Below are positions 51,346-64,000 of a DNA stretch of 64,000 nt, one piece after another. Source of the stretch: Paragordius varius (taxonomy: Eukaryota; Animalia; Nematomorpha); contig OZ176054.1 of the NCBI GenBank assembly GCA_964247055.1, positions 10,912,001 through 10,976,000 of the forward strand. Reading direction: 5' to 3'. The notes beneath the pieces were generated by a model. It was given only the letters and a program-made list of their open reading frames with translations. It ran no database searches and was not told where the DNA came from. Position 1 is the first letter of the stretch, and each line of letters opens with the position of its first letter. Made by a program: the position numbers and the translations under genes.

Positions 51346-53468
51346 ACGCATACTGTATATATAGGCTATCGATCGGGGGCCTTTAGAGTTTTAACTAAGG
51401 TTATTATTATATAATTCTTTACATCAATTTTTAAAACAGGCATGGTCAACATGGACAATTTAATATTATTAAATTAATAATTCTTAGACAATTTTTTTTC
51501 TAAATAAGTCTATACCTATAGCAAGAACGAGAAAAAAAAATATTACATTCCGTTTTCATTTTGCATTGTCTTATGTTCGAAATCTAATAAGAATACATTG
51601 CTAGAAAATTATTAATTCTTGCCAAATAGCATATACAGCAAACGGCAATATTATTGGCATAGTTATTTTTTTTACATTTTATTATTATTAGTCAATAATA
51701 ATTCTCTTTGCTACATATGCTATTGGCATTTAATTAATAACTTTCTAGCAATATATACTAACTAATACCCTAATTTATGAATGCCTATATGTATTTATTA
51801 GAAATGCGGCCCCGCGAAGCCAATTGTGTAAGATACCACCATTAATTTAAAATATGCCTGCCTCTTTAATTTTTTCCAGTTAATTGATTGATTCTTGCAA
51901 AAACTTTTGTAATTTTTCCCATTAAAATATTTATAAACACTATAACTTCGTAATAACAGTTGTTAAAATCCGTAGTATAACGATAAAGGATAATTAAATA
52001 GAATTAAATGAAATTATAAATAGAAATTATAAACGAAACTATTTGACTTGGGGTTTGCACATATCGATTTCGTATATATATCCAACTTTGCAATTTTAAT
52101 ATAAATGCAGTTTTATACGCATTTAAATTAAATTTAATGGAATTTACGAAAATTAAACTGGAAAATGAAGATTAACTCTAGGGTTAAGCCTAGATTTAGA
52201 GTATAGCTACTTAGGGATTTCATAGAAATCAATTTAATAACTAAGAAGCACTCTATTTTGATAAGAAACATAAGATAAAGATGTTATTGTAATGGTAAAT
52301 AACGGATTGGTTTCTATTTAATTATCCTTTATCGTTATACTACGGATTTTAACAACTTTTATTACAAAACATAACCAATCCGTTATTTACCATTACTATA
52401 ACTACGTTTTTCAGAATTTATCCGAATAAAAATATTTCGTTAGTTTAACAACAACACATTAAATTTTATAGCCTCTCTGTAAACAATATAATAATAAAAA
52501 TTAAAATGAATATTAATCCAAACCTGAATAAAATGTTTGATTTGAATGAAATTTGTAGAATATTTTCATTGAATAAAATTTTATTTAAATTCCAAATGTT
52601 TCATAAGGTTAAAGACCGAGTATAAAAATAACTATATGAAAGATCAAAAAAGATTTTTATAAAATCAATTCATTTTGTACGGACTTGCAAAAAATATTAT
52701 TAGACCAGTGTCTCCCTTATGTCCAAAACATGATATGTGGGTCACAAAAAGATATTTTTTGAAGGAAATTATGCAATGCATAAAAAGAATTAAATCCTGG
52801 AGAACATAATTAAGGAGATCTTTAATGAGTACTTAGTAATAATTTTTTATCCCATTTTGACCGCAAAAGGATATAAACTGATATATACAATGTGTTAACA
52901 AGATATTGAATGAAATTGAGTCGCCGATTATTCATAAAGTAAGACAAATATAAAAACATCAGTTATGGCTAATTTAACTAAATGGCTAAAATATCCTTAA
53001 ATTAAATTGATAGTTTATCTAAGTCAACCTAAACTAAATGTATAAAATGACATCTCTCATTTAGTTTTAATAATTAAAGTGTACTTGAGATAAACGATAT
53101 AAATAAACTTTGTATCAAACCAAAATAATTTTGATAAACGATGTCATAATAAAAATCATGAGAACCTAAATATTAAATGAAAAAAATTTAAATAAATTAC
53201 AAATGGCTTTAGACATGAAGTATTAGAACATGAGAGTAGGGACCTTGAATGAATCATAGATACTTTATATGGGGTAATATGTGCTTAAAAAACATTAAAA
53301 TATTTTACGCCTTAAGAAACTTATTTTTTATCAGATAGAGTTTAATTATTGAGAAATAAAAAGAAAATAAATTATACCTACAAGAAATCGCCATGTGTTG
53401 TGTGATTAATCATATGAAAAAAATTAATTATAGTTAGGTTAAAATTAAAAAAAATAAAACATTATTAA

Positions 53469-54050
53469 CACTTGGATACAACACACTCATTTTAGTCCTT
53501 CGATTCAAATTGGGGTAGTTGGATACCCCAGGCCTGTTTAAAATCAAATACTTTAAAAAGTATAGAAGTATTTGAAACCATGGCAAAATTTTGCACTTAT
53601 ATAATATTAATTAACCGAAATATATGAAAAGAATTATTCAAAAATACTTGATATTACTTATTTTAAGCTAAAACCGAAAGATAAAAATTTCGTCAACGTG
53701 ACATGCGTCAAATTTTAAAATTAAAAAATAATACAAAATAAACCGCTTTTTCTATTTCTATCAATGTTAGATGTAAATTATATAGAACATTAGCTTTAGT
53801 TTTACTCTTAAAATTAAATGAAGACGATATATTGCAAAAATTATGTAAAATAAAAATGGCGTCGAAGTAGTTTGAGATGGAACTTTTTTTACAAAACAAA
53901 ATTTTATCAAGTGATTTTGGCATATTTATATAATTTCTATCAGGATAGAAGCATAAATTTAAATTGGGACCATTTCCTTCAGTATTTTTTTAAAAATTTT
54001 AATTTAAATTTAGTCTGGGGTATTTAGATACCCCAATTTGAATCGAAGTG
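53469..54050. mobile_element. TTAA-flanked non-autonomous DNA transposon, copy 2
   Basis: ttaa|CACTTGGATAC ... CGAAGTG|ttaa; collinear with 20297-20820. Confidence 0.75.
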
Positions 54051-54893
54051 TTAAATTTAAAATTATATTACGGAGAAATATTTTAATAATAGTATAATTG
54101 GTAAATATATTTTTCATTTCAACCAAAAAATTACCAATCTATATATAGATTACACAAAATCGGTTGGTATAAAAAAATATCTTATAAATTAATATATATT
54201 CTGAATAAATATGTATCCGGATTCTCATAAAGCTTCTGGCTTTGAGGCATACGGCTAAAGAAAGATTTTAAATTTTTACCTTAATCCTGATCAGATGGAA
54301 CGATTCACTGCACATTTTAAAATGATATTTTATGAAAGCTATTCACTATTTTATATTTATATATTATCTATAACTAACAAGCAATATAAAATTAATTTTA
54401 ATTCAGAATATTTGAGTAGGCTATGAAAATTGCAAATTTTTTGACTTAAGCACTGCAAATCGGTGGGTAAAAAATTATCCGGATGAATTTTAGTTCAGGT
54501 AGATGATGTATCATATTCTCTGCTTTTGGCTTTAAGGCCTTACGGGCGTTATGTGGAGAATATAACACTTTGCTGGTTACTATCATTAAAATCTTAAAAT
54601 TCACTCAGTGAAGTGTTCAATAAAAATGGCTAGTAGAGAGGCGGAATTTAAGACCGCCTGAAAATTTATCATTTAACACTTTATTAATCTTTTCGGATAA
54701 TTGGCTAAAAATTTAATGTAATGATTATTTCTTAAACTGTGATGCATAAGTTTTAGAGCATATGCATTAAAACTTAAAATCAGTCATTTCTCTGGAATAA
54801 GTATTTAAACTTTGAGCAAAGTTTTTATACAACAGAAGAAGGTTTTTGGATATATTTATGAGCCAAAAAAAATCAATATATATATTGCTTTCT

Positions 54894-55467
54894 CACTTCG
54901 ATTCAAATTGGGGTATCTAAATACCCCAGACTAAATTTTAGTTAGTTTAAAAAACTACTCAAAAAAACGGTCCCAATTTAAATTTATGCTTCTATTCTAA
55001 TAAAAATTATATAAATATGCCAAATTATCTAAATAAAATTTTGTTTTGAAAAAAATGTTTCATGTCAGACTACTTCGACGCCATTTTTATTTTACAAAAT
55101 TTTTGTAAAATATCGTCTTTATTTAATTTAAGGGTAAAACTAAAGCTAATTTTTTATTTAAATTACATCTGACATTGATAAAAATAGAAAATGTGGTTTA
55201 TTTTGCATTATATTTAGATTTAACAAATGCACATATGTCATGACTAAATTTTTACCTTTCGGTTTTAGCTTATAATAACTAATATCAAGTATTTTTGAAT
55301 AAAATTTTTTATATATTTCGGTTTTTTAATGTTATATAAGTGCAAAATTTTGCCACGGTTTTAATTCCTTCCATATTTTTTAAAGAATTTTATTTTAAGC
55401 AGGTCTGGGGTGTTTGACTACCGCAATTTGAATCGAAGGGCTAAAATGAATGTGTTGTACCCAAGTG
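54894..55467. mobile_element. TTAA-type element, copy 3, opposite orientation
   Basis: Reverse-complement match to 53469-54050; TTAA is present only at the right end. Confidence 0.7.
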
Positions 55468-56204
55468 TTAAAAGTGAATGGTAATAGTATTTTTTAATGA
55501 CAAATACAAGGACCTGTTAAATATGAATAAGTACTGTTTATCTGCCTAAAAAGTCAAATATTGAAAAACATTTTTTGAGTCTTCTTTAAAATGCCAAAAC
55601 CTATCCATCAAAATATAAAAAATAAAAAAATATATATTTAAAAAATTAAGCTGGTTAGTAACTAGTGGTTTTTAAGACTACTTTTGTATGTTATTATACC
55701 ATTTACAATTCAAATTCACCCTTGGACAATTCGAATTCACCCTTAAACAATTCATTTCAAACTAAAAATAAATTATTGTTTTTGGGCTAATATAACTTCA
55801 TTATTATAAAATATATTTTTACGACATAATTTATTAATTTTTCAGCGTTATATTAATTTTAAACAGAATCTTTTAAAAATATTATAAAATAAGGGTAATT
55901 TCAACCTTAAAACACATATATATTTTAGGGTGAATTTGAATTGTTCGAAGGTGAATTTCAATTGTGCATATGAATCGAATTGTTCAAGGGTGAACTTGAA
56001 CTGTATCTTGTGCAAAATGGTGTGGGCAACCTCTATAGTCTGTAAAGTAGGTATATACAATATTCGAAATGTTGATTGAGTCATTTAATAGCTAATAATT
56101 TAGGGTGACCGCGAATTTTTTTACAAAACCTTGCGACAAAAAAGCGTGGATAGCCCTGGTATAGAGGGTAATCATTTTAAAATTATTCCTGGAGTGTCGA
56201 CCAT

Positions 56205-57146
56205 AAATCCGATTTATGCAATCAGAAGGTTAATATAAAAGCATATACAAATGAAAGGAGTTGCATGGAATTTTAATCAATATAAGTATAATATAGGAGA
56301 TTAAGGTGAAAAAACATGCATGAAAGTTACATCTAAATCCGAAAAAGTTTGTACGGCTCTCACCATTCCAAAGTTAAAATACTGCACCGAGTGTCAGATC
56401 CTATCGAAATAAACCAAGGCTCTTGCCTGGGGTCTGTAATCAGTCCGTTTCTATTTATCATATGTATGGACAAATTTCAAAAGAAGTGGTGTAATGTGGT
56501 TGCTGATATTTGCTATATTCAGATGACCTAATAGTGCTGTCCAAGTTGTATGAATTAAAAGAATTGGCGAGCAAATGTGTCACAACGGTGCGGTTTGAAA
56601 GTTAATTATAGGAAAACGGAATTTTTGGTGGGAAAAAAGGCGAAATAGAATTCAAAGAAGGTTGGATATTGAATGAAGGAGGAAGGCAATATGAGCGTTT
56701 TAGCAGCAGATGGTTATTTAAGGCATGTTTCAATTAAAGTCAAAATAGTTGATCAAATGACTAAAAAATCGCAAATGGTTTGTGTGATAAAAATATTGAT
56801 CTTAAAGTCAAGGGCAAGATTTACAGTGCTGTTGTAAGCCAATAATTATGTACAACTTATAACATAGGCATTAAAGAAACCAGAAGAGAGACACTTAGGT
56901 TACTGAAATGAGAATGCTTAGATTGATGTGCGGTGTAACCAGGAAAGACAAGTTGAGTAATTTATACATTGGAGTAAGTACAGAAATCAAATCTAAGAGG
57001 ATTTTAAATCGTCTAAGGTGGTTTCAACATATGCAGAAAGAAGAGATGGTAACTTCATTGGTAAAAAGTTTGATGAATATATTTTAAAAGGAAAAAGGGG
57101 AGGATAGGCCCCTAAAACGCGATGGATAGATACGGTAAAGAAGTAA
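56205..57146 (+). mobile_element. Highly degenerate RTE-clade LINE fragment, same family as 14495-15640
   Basis: NQGSCLGSVISPFLFIICMD; GTCAAGGGCAAGATTTACAGT, ACTGAAATGAGAATGCT and GATGGATAGATACGGTAAA align with the first RTE copy. Many stops and frameshifts. Confidence 0.85.
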
Positions 57147-59964
57147 ATTTTAACATCTTTGAGGTAATTGTTAGATATTAAAAAATCGCAATATTTGCCC
57201 TATTGTTATAGATAAAATTTTGAGTGAAAGCTAATCGCTGTATTTCTCAAAAAATATCATTATATGTACCAGGGGTGGCAAAAATGTCGACCGCGATCGA
57301 CTTCATGACCGCGAGATTTCAAAATGTGACCGCCCAATTTTATTTTTGAAAAAAATATATTTGCATAGAATTTTTTTACCACAAAATTATAATTTAATTT
57401 TTTTGTGTTTGGAAAAATTTATTTGTTAACAATTTAAATAAAATTTATTTTGTAATATATGAATAAAATCTTATCTCTCTTCCAAAAAAATTACCAGCAA
57501 ACTTTCAAAAAACAGCTGTTTTTTAAATGACCATGGTCAAAAATAAATAGTCACTGAATTGGTCATGATTTTATAAGTTTTCATTACTCTTCGAATAATA
57601 TATTACAAATGGGCAGTTGTTGTATATTTTAGAAGAAAAACATTTTTTAGTAAAATTTAGAAAAGAGTAATAAAAAAAATCAAATTATATGAAATTTTTA
57701 GGTGGAATTACAATTTTTATTTCGCTCATTTACTGTAAAATGATAATGAATAACAGAAAATGCAAAAAATCGAGTGGCAGATTTGTTGTCTAGTGTTATG
57801 AATTTAAATGAACCTTCAGTATTTCCGAAAATTTAAACCTATATTTATTTAATTAAAAATCTCCTTATTCTCAACAATTTTTATATCAATATAGTTCCCA
57901 TTAAGTTTTAATAAATTGACATTAAACAATTTATCACGGGCGGACCTAAATAGTTACCGTTTCAAAAGGTTTGCGAATTACATTTTTTTTTGATATCGCT
58001 TTCATGTATGTTTTAAAAAAATATATTTCCGGTATTGCTCAAACGATTCTGTTTTTCCATTATTATACTCAAATATAGGACAAATGATGGATACAACGTG
58101 AATAAATATTTATAAAAGACAAATATAAACAGAAAATTACGTATTTTTAGTAATTCAAATTTTCTCCAAAAATGTGAAGAAAGCCTACTTTTTTACATAT
58201 CAAATAAATAAACAACAATAATATTTAAAACTAAAATAAAAAATAATATTTGATAGCATAGCACTTGTACTGTTTTTAATTTACAGTCATGTATCCTTTA
58301 TTTTATCAAAAATTTATTTTTTTCGTTAAATGGGTATAAATATTTGGTAAGAATGAAAAAACAAGAGCTCTATGGTAATTCTTATACTCTTTTGATGAAT
58401 ATTATTGTAAATACCATATAGCTCTTGTTTTTTCCATTCTTTACCAAATATTTATAATTATTTAACGGAAAAAAATAAATTTATGATAAAATAAAGGAAA
58501 TATGACTGTAAAACGGTTCCAAATATGTTAGAGTTTCGTCCTAAATCCTTATTAGGTTCAATTGATTGACCTGCATATATTTTTTCACATATGCCCGCAA
58601 AATACGTACCTTTATGAAATTAAAACCCTTAATTTTAAAAGTCTTAAGTGCTCAAAAGTTTAAATACAACTGAATATCAGAAGTGTCCTTAACAAATGGC
58701 TTCGCGGTCCGGATTTTCGGATCAAAAATCCCACGGGCAGCATTGGCTGAATAAATGGGAACAAATATTCTATATCAGATTTCAAACATATGACTATAAA
58801 AACTACTATTTATAACAGTTTTTTGCTAGTTCATTATCGAATTCAGAAAATTTGCTTAAGAAAATCAATTTAGGGTAATTTTTTAAAATTTTGTATTTAA
58901 CATTTTCCGCGAGCTGCAGAAATATTTGGGTTGATCACATCTGAACTAATTCAACACAATTTTTATATGGCTTTAGGTAAAGAAACGTTAAATTGGGTAT
59001 TTTAATTAATATTAAATAAATTTTCGCCTATTTCAATATAATGTCAAAAAATTTAAGAATAGGGTTGAAACTTTACTTAAAGACGAATTAATATTTAAGT
59101 CGTCAAAAACAGCAACAATAGATAGAAAGGGTTAAAAGATTTTTTAAGATTCATGTTTTATGTTTCAGGCCGAATAAAATGGTTTTTAAGAAATAACCTT
59201 AGTTTTTTCCAAAAGAAACAGTTGTGGGACACCATGATTGGTTTAATATTTTTAACAGGGACATTTTAGTTTTTTTTATAAATGATACAATATTTTAGTG
59301 AGATTTTTTATCTGTTGTTTTGTTATTAAAATTGTTGAGTTAATAAAAATATATCTATTTAGAATATTTTATGCTCGAATTTAATTAATTGTTTTGACAC
59401 ATGTCACATTAAAATACCATATATTTTTGTAAAAATAAATCGTATAACAATAGCATATTATAATATTAAAAAAACTTTTTTACAAAATATCCTCTCTTTA
59501 GCGTGTTATGATTTATTATCACTTTCATTTTTTGCCATGAATAAATTAAGAACACCCATAAATATTTTATAGAATTGCAACTAAAAGTGCTTTGTCAGCT
59601 CTTCTTTTTTTACAGTTTAGAGACATAGTGGAGCCCAATTTGTTTTCAAAAAAAATTAATTGCATATTTTTTGTTGGAAACATAAGCCATTATTATTTAA
59701 GCTTTTAAATATTTAGGGCAGAGATAATTTTATAGGATAAAATATTTAATAAATTACTGTTATCATTTGATCCAAAACAACTTTTTTTGATTTTTTTCAT
59801 TTTCTTTGCTTCTCAACATATCATAAGATTATTTTTAAAACATTTTCTTACGTAATCCTATCTTGTTGTATAAATAACTTTTTATTTTTGAAAAACATTT
59901 ATAATTTTATACATATATACACTTTTTGGCATCCTTAATTAATTTAAAACTAAACAACTCAAAA

Positions 59965-61089
59965 ATGGAAAATAATTTACTCGCGTCTAATTCGGACAAT
60001 ATTTTATCGGATAATAGCACATACTTTTATGAGAATAGTTGCCCAAAGAATTCAAATTTTATCACTGATTTAAACTCTCTAATGCCCATTGATGTTAATA
60101 ACAGTTATGAAAACGAACATTTGACGGGTGGTAAATATCCGCATCTTTCCAATCAAAGCTTATCCTCACCAACGGAAGAACCACAAGAATTTGCTCCACA
60201 AATTTATAATAATAATTATTCAAATAATATTACCTATGTAAATGAAACCGTGGCAAACAAATATATCAATAGCAACTATACAGAATTATTGCAAGACCAC
60301 GAATTGAAGCTTATGGAGGCCCATCAAAATCAACAGAGACAAAGTGCAAATGCACGGGAAAGGAGTCGAACTTTCCATGTTAATAAAGCTTTTACGGCAT
60401 TACGTGAGTTAATTCCAACCAAACCAGCTAATAGAAAACTTTCAAAGATTGAAACATTGCATTTAGCTATCAGTTATATAGCACATTTGGGAACTTTGCT
60501 AGAGCTAGAACAAGAAGAGCTATTTGAACAAAAAAATGATTTCCAGGGGTCTTTGGCGGAGGATACATTTTCCACAAAACAACCAATTAATAACTCGATG
60601 CAACACAAGCGAGATTGTCACCCTAGTCCTGACAATAGAGATGATGATAACGGGCACACTGATATTATGATTAATTGCGGTAATAATAAAAAAATAAAGT
60701 TATCATCCAATAATTTAGAGCAGGTCCGAGCTGACACTCGGTTAGTTTTACGCAGTAGTCATCGAAAACTAAAAAAGTACCTTGAAAAATCTTCATTTTC
60801 ATCATCATCTACTTCCGATTACACTCAAAAATTTAATTACAAAAATTGTAAAAATGAAAGTAATACCTACCCTATAATTGAAAATCATTATGATAAAAAT
60901 ATTTTGACAAGTCGTCCATCTTTTATCAATTGTAAAAATACGCCTACTCATATGTGTGGAACTCAAAATTCTTTGGAGGAAAATAAAGATTGCCCCCTCT
61001 CCAATAATACATCATCTAGTCAAATGTCAATTACCCTACCTGTGAGATATTGTACATTTTGTGCCTTCAATAATTTGCTACAAACATAA
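59965..61089 (+). CDS. TCF15: Paraxis/scleraxis-family (TCF15/SCX) bHLH transcription factor, single coding exon, ~374 aa
   Basis: b[55 protein letters not shown] (~60334-60490) and the C-terminal CTFC motif typical of paraxis/scleraxis. First ATG at 59965 (the track starts at a TTG). TCF15 and SCX cannot be told apart from sequence alone. Confidence 0.88.
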   Translation: MENNLLASNSDNILSDNSTYFYENSCPKNSNFITDLNSLMPIDVNNSYENEHLTGGKYPHLSNQSLSSPTEEPQEFAPQIYNNNYSNNITYVNETVANKYINSNYTELLQDHELKLMEAHQNQQRQSANARERSRTFHVNKAFTALRELIPTKPANRKLSKIETLHLAISYIAHLGTLLELEQEELFEQKNDFQGSLAEDTFSTKQPINNSMQHKRDCHPSPDNRDDDNGHTDIMINCGNNKKIKLSSNNLEQVRADTRLVLRSSHRKLKKYLEKSSFSSSSTSDYTQKFNYKNCKNESNTYPIIENHYDKNILTSRPSFINCKNTPTHMCGTQNSLEENKDCPLSNNTSSSQMSITLPVRYCTFCAFNNLLQT

Positions 61090-64000
61090 AAATTTATCAA
61101 TTATTTTTATACCTTTTTTCAATCAAATATATATATATATATATATATATATAGTTCCACAAATATACACAATCAATTTGTTTGCTCAGAATATTATTTT
61201 TTCTCAATAGATAAATAAATATATTTCATTAAATGTATATATTTAGTATATTGTTCGATATTCATTGCCACCCGGATAGAAAGTCAAATTATTTTTGGTG
61301 AAAATTCATTTAAGTGGCTCTTGCCTTACTTTTTTATACTATCTATACAATTTAATTTTTATAACATAGGAATAGACTATCTGACGCCCCAAACTCATCC
61401 TTTGCTTTTCTTCTCCTTTTCCCATGATAAAACTTTTTCCATTTCAAAGCATTTTAATGGTTGATTTTACAATATAGTAGGGCAATTCTCAAGAACACAG
61501 GAGTGTATGGAAAAAAGAAAGGAAATAATTGTTAATAATAACATTTTATTGTTTTTTCCATACACTACTGTGTGTTGCAAATTGCCCTACCATAGTGTGA
61601 ATTAAGAAACCTTTAAAATGCATATAAAAATCCAATATTTAAAATTCCCCTTTTGTTTTTATTTTGATAAATTTTAGAAAAAAAATATCAGACTTATAGG
61701 CGCCGTAGCCCATACATTCCCTTAGTGATAAAAGAATAAAAAATGTGCATATATTTTTAATATATTATCATTTTTATTAAACATTTATATGTATCTAGGA
61801 CAAAATGTTTAATAAAGAGAGATATAAAACGAATTTACAAAAGGCCAATTTCGTATACTAATTTGTTTTGTGAGTTGCCTTAAAAAGATTGATATACCAT
61901 ATGTTATGTTGCGTATTTTAGCTATAAAAAATTGGCAAATAGAAAGAAGACATTTATTATATATTTTTTTATTTGTTATAACAAGCTATTTTATTAATTA
62001 TATATTGAATAGTAGTGTTAAAAATTGATAGGAAGCCAAAAATAGGGTAATGATAAAAATTAACATGGTCAATTTCAAATACTTTTTCAGCAGTTTTCAA
62101 GTTTCGATCCACAAATTTTTATCGAGCGAAAGGTTGTATTCTGAATATGGATCCGACTTAAAATATTTGCCCAATCATATAAATACACGTAAAAAAATTA
62201 TCACAAACATATAGAAAGGTATACGCATGCCACTTTTTTTAAATTACCTTTTCAAATTAAGTAAATTAGAGCACGATATTAAAAAAACTTTGTAGAAAAA
62301 AGTAAAAATATTAAGAATTGCCGTTTCAGAAATGTTTTTTTTGTTTCAAAACGGTTTCGGAAGAGACATAAGTTGCCGATAGATAATAATTAAAAGTTAA
62401 AAGCATCGACCAATTTTTTTAAAAAAGTCGTAAATGATGAAAACTGAATAGAAAATTCTGTTTTTTGTAATCTCCTATGAAACTATAAAAACAAGTACAG
62501 GTAATTTTTTCTGAATATCTTGCTATAACGTGACGGAATCGTTTGGTGCGATCATTTTTTTAAAAGATTTCCTCCATAGATACGATAAAAATTAATTATG
62601 TTTCGATTTACAATTCTTGTATTTTTTGGTTTATAATCATTTAATGAGAAGTCTTAGTAGACGCGTTAATGAAAAAAACCGGTTTTGAAATCGAGAAATT
62701 TTTAAAAAACCTAACCGGTTCGAGTTTGACTTGCTCGGGAACGCCTCCACTCCCATTTTTATTTTTAAGTGAAAACTCCATTTCTACTTTTTCCGACCCG
62801 GTTCGAAGCCCGTTTTTTTAAATCAATTAGCTCAAATTGTTTCCAAGCACTAATAGAATGACTCAAGTGTCGAACTAACATTCATGTTAGATATATGTTT
62901 TCAGAATTTTTGAAAAGGTTTTATATGTTAAGCCGTTTATCGAGGTCGACACTATTATTTGGATTACCATACTTTTTCTGACATTTAAATTTAATGCGAA
63001 TATTTAGATTTATTAATAGAGGCTTTCCTCTGGCATACTAGCGTTGTTACAATATAATGTTTCTAAAAATTTTATTTTTGTAAAAATAATTTTGCTAAAT
63101 TTTCATGGCAACAGGTACCGTAGCCTATATTTTATAATTTTCCAACATAATTCATCAAAAAAATTTTTTATCTTTAAATCAGACATGTAAACTTAATTTT
63201 TCTCTTGCTGACTGTATTTAATATTTAACTGAGCTAATTTATAATTTAGATTCCGATATTTTAGCAAACATAATGCGCTAACAAATATTGCGAAATATCC
63301 AGATGGAATATTGTTTTAACCAGGTTTTTCAGTTTTCATTATTAAAATAATTAATTTGGTTTTTAACCTAATAAACTTTTTCAGGATTTGGAATATATTA
63401 TTATATGGATAAAAATGTTTTTTGGTAGTCTTATCTTTTTATCATTATTATTATTGAAATTTAAGCATTAGTCTTGGATTTTAACAATATACAGATTATC
63501 AATCATATTAAAAATTTGTTTGAAATTTGGAATTTTCAATTTAAATTCACACGTAAAAATATTATATTTTCGAATTTGTATAAACCCCATAAATTCTACC
63601 CTATGTTTATAACATTAGATGCAAATTTGCAAATAAAATTTTCACGCAGAAGTAGTAAATTACTATAGAATCTCCATGGCATTAATTTTTTATAGATTTT
63701 AAAGTGTCCACTTATCTGGTTTTAGAGAATGTGGTTTTTAATTCTGCAGTTATTAACAATTTTACATTGTAGTCTTACCTTTGATTCAACAATATCATCC
63801 AACTTTGAAACCTATTTTTGTCAATCTTTGCAATATCGACTAAACTGATATAATTATGACTATATCAATACATTGTGCGACTTTTGTCCATTTTATTAGC
63901 AAATCTGGTATTTTATTTTTCTCAGCATTAAAGCCCGCCATAATATTTTCTAAGCAGACCCAATAATCATTATTAAAAAAAAACCTTGTAAAATCTTTTA

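Noticed and set aside
50219-56084. Short ORFs of 60-80 aa in the EXTL3-bHLH intergenic region, and similar ORFs elsewhere in the track
   Set aside because: Expected by chance in AT-rich DNA; often non-ATG starts, located in MITEs, no domains.
62700-62830. GGTTCGA motifs resembling a tRNA T-loop
   Set aside because: No cloverleaf or A-box could be built.
62990-63841. Possible minus-strand exons near the right edge (e.g. 63779-63841, DIAKIDKNRFQSWMILLNQ, with a GTAAG donor)
   Set aside because: No consistent in-frame chain or recognisable homology; sequence beyond the window is needed.

Overview
Very AT-rich, intron-rich animal (invertebrate-like) genomic DNA. No rRNA, tRNA or CRISPR was found. 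Four protein-coding genes can be built by hand from splice sites. (A) 324-19593 (+, 19 exons, 343 aa) and (B) 24028-40004 (+, 13 exons, 265 aa) are tandem paralogues that the ORF track almost entirely misses. They encode secreted proteins with a signal peptide and two degenerate ADAMTS/papilin-type modules (truncated TSP1 plus Cys-rich subdomain), but no protease and no spacer domain. The modules are joined by a Pro/Thr/Gly/Arg linker built from a run of symmetric phase-1 microexons (12-30 nt), an architecture reminiscent of schistosome micro-exon genes; this is the main finding. (C) EXTL3/botv/rib-2-type exostosin, 10 exons, minus strand, 41231-49952. (D) an intronless paraxis/scleraxis (TCF15/SCX) bHLH gene, 59965-61089. 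Introns and intergenic DNA are packed with transposon remnants: a decayed hAT with a perfect 8-bp TSD, two 5'-truncated RTE LINEs, a non-autonomous Helitron, a 3.57-kb foldback palindrome, and many hAT-, Tc1/mariner- and TTAA-type MITEs. All gene models are manual and lack transcript support.
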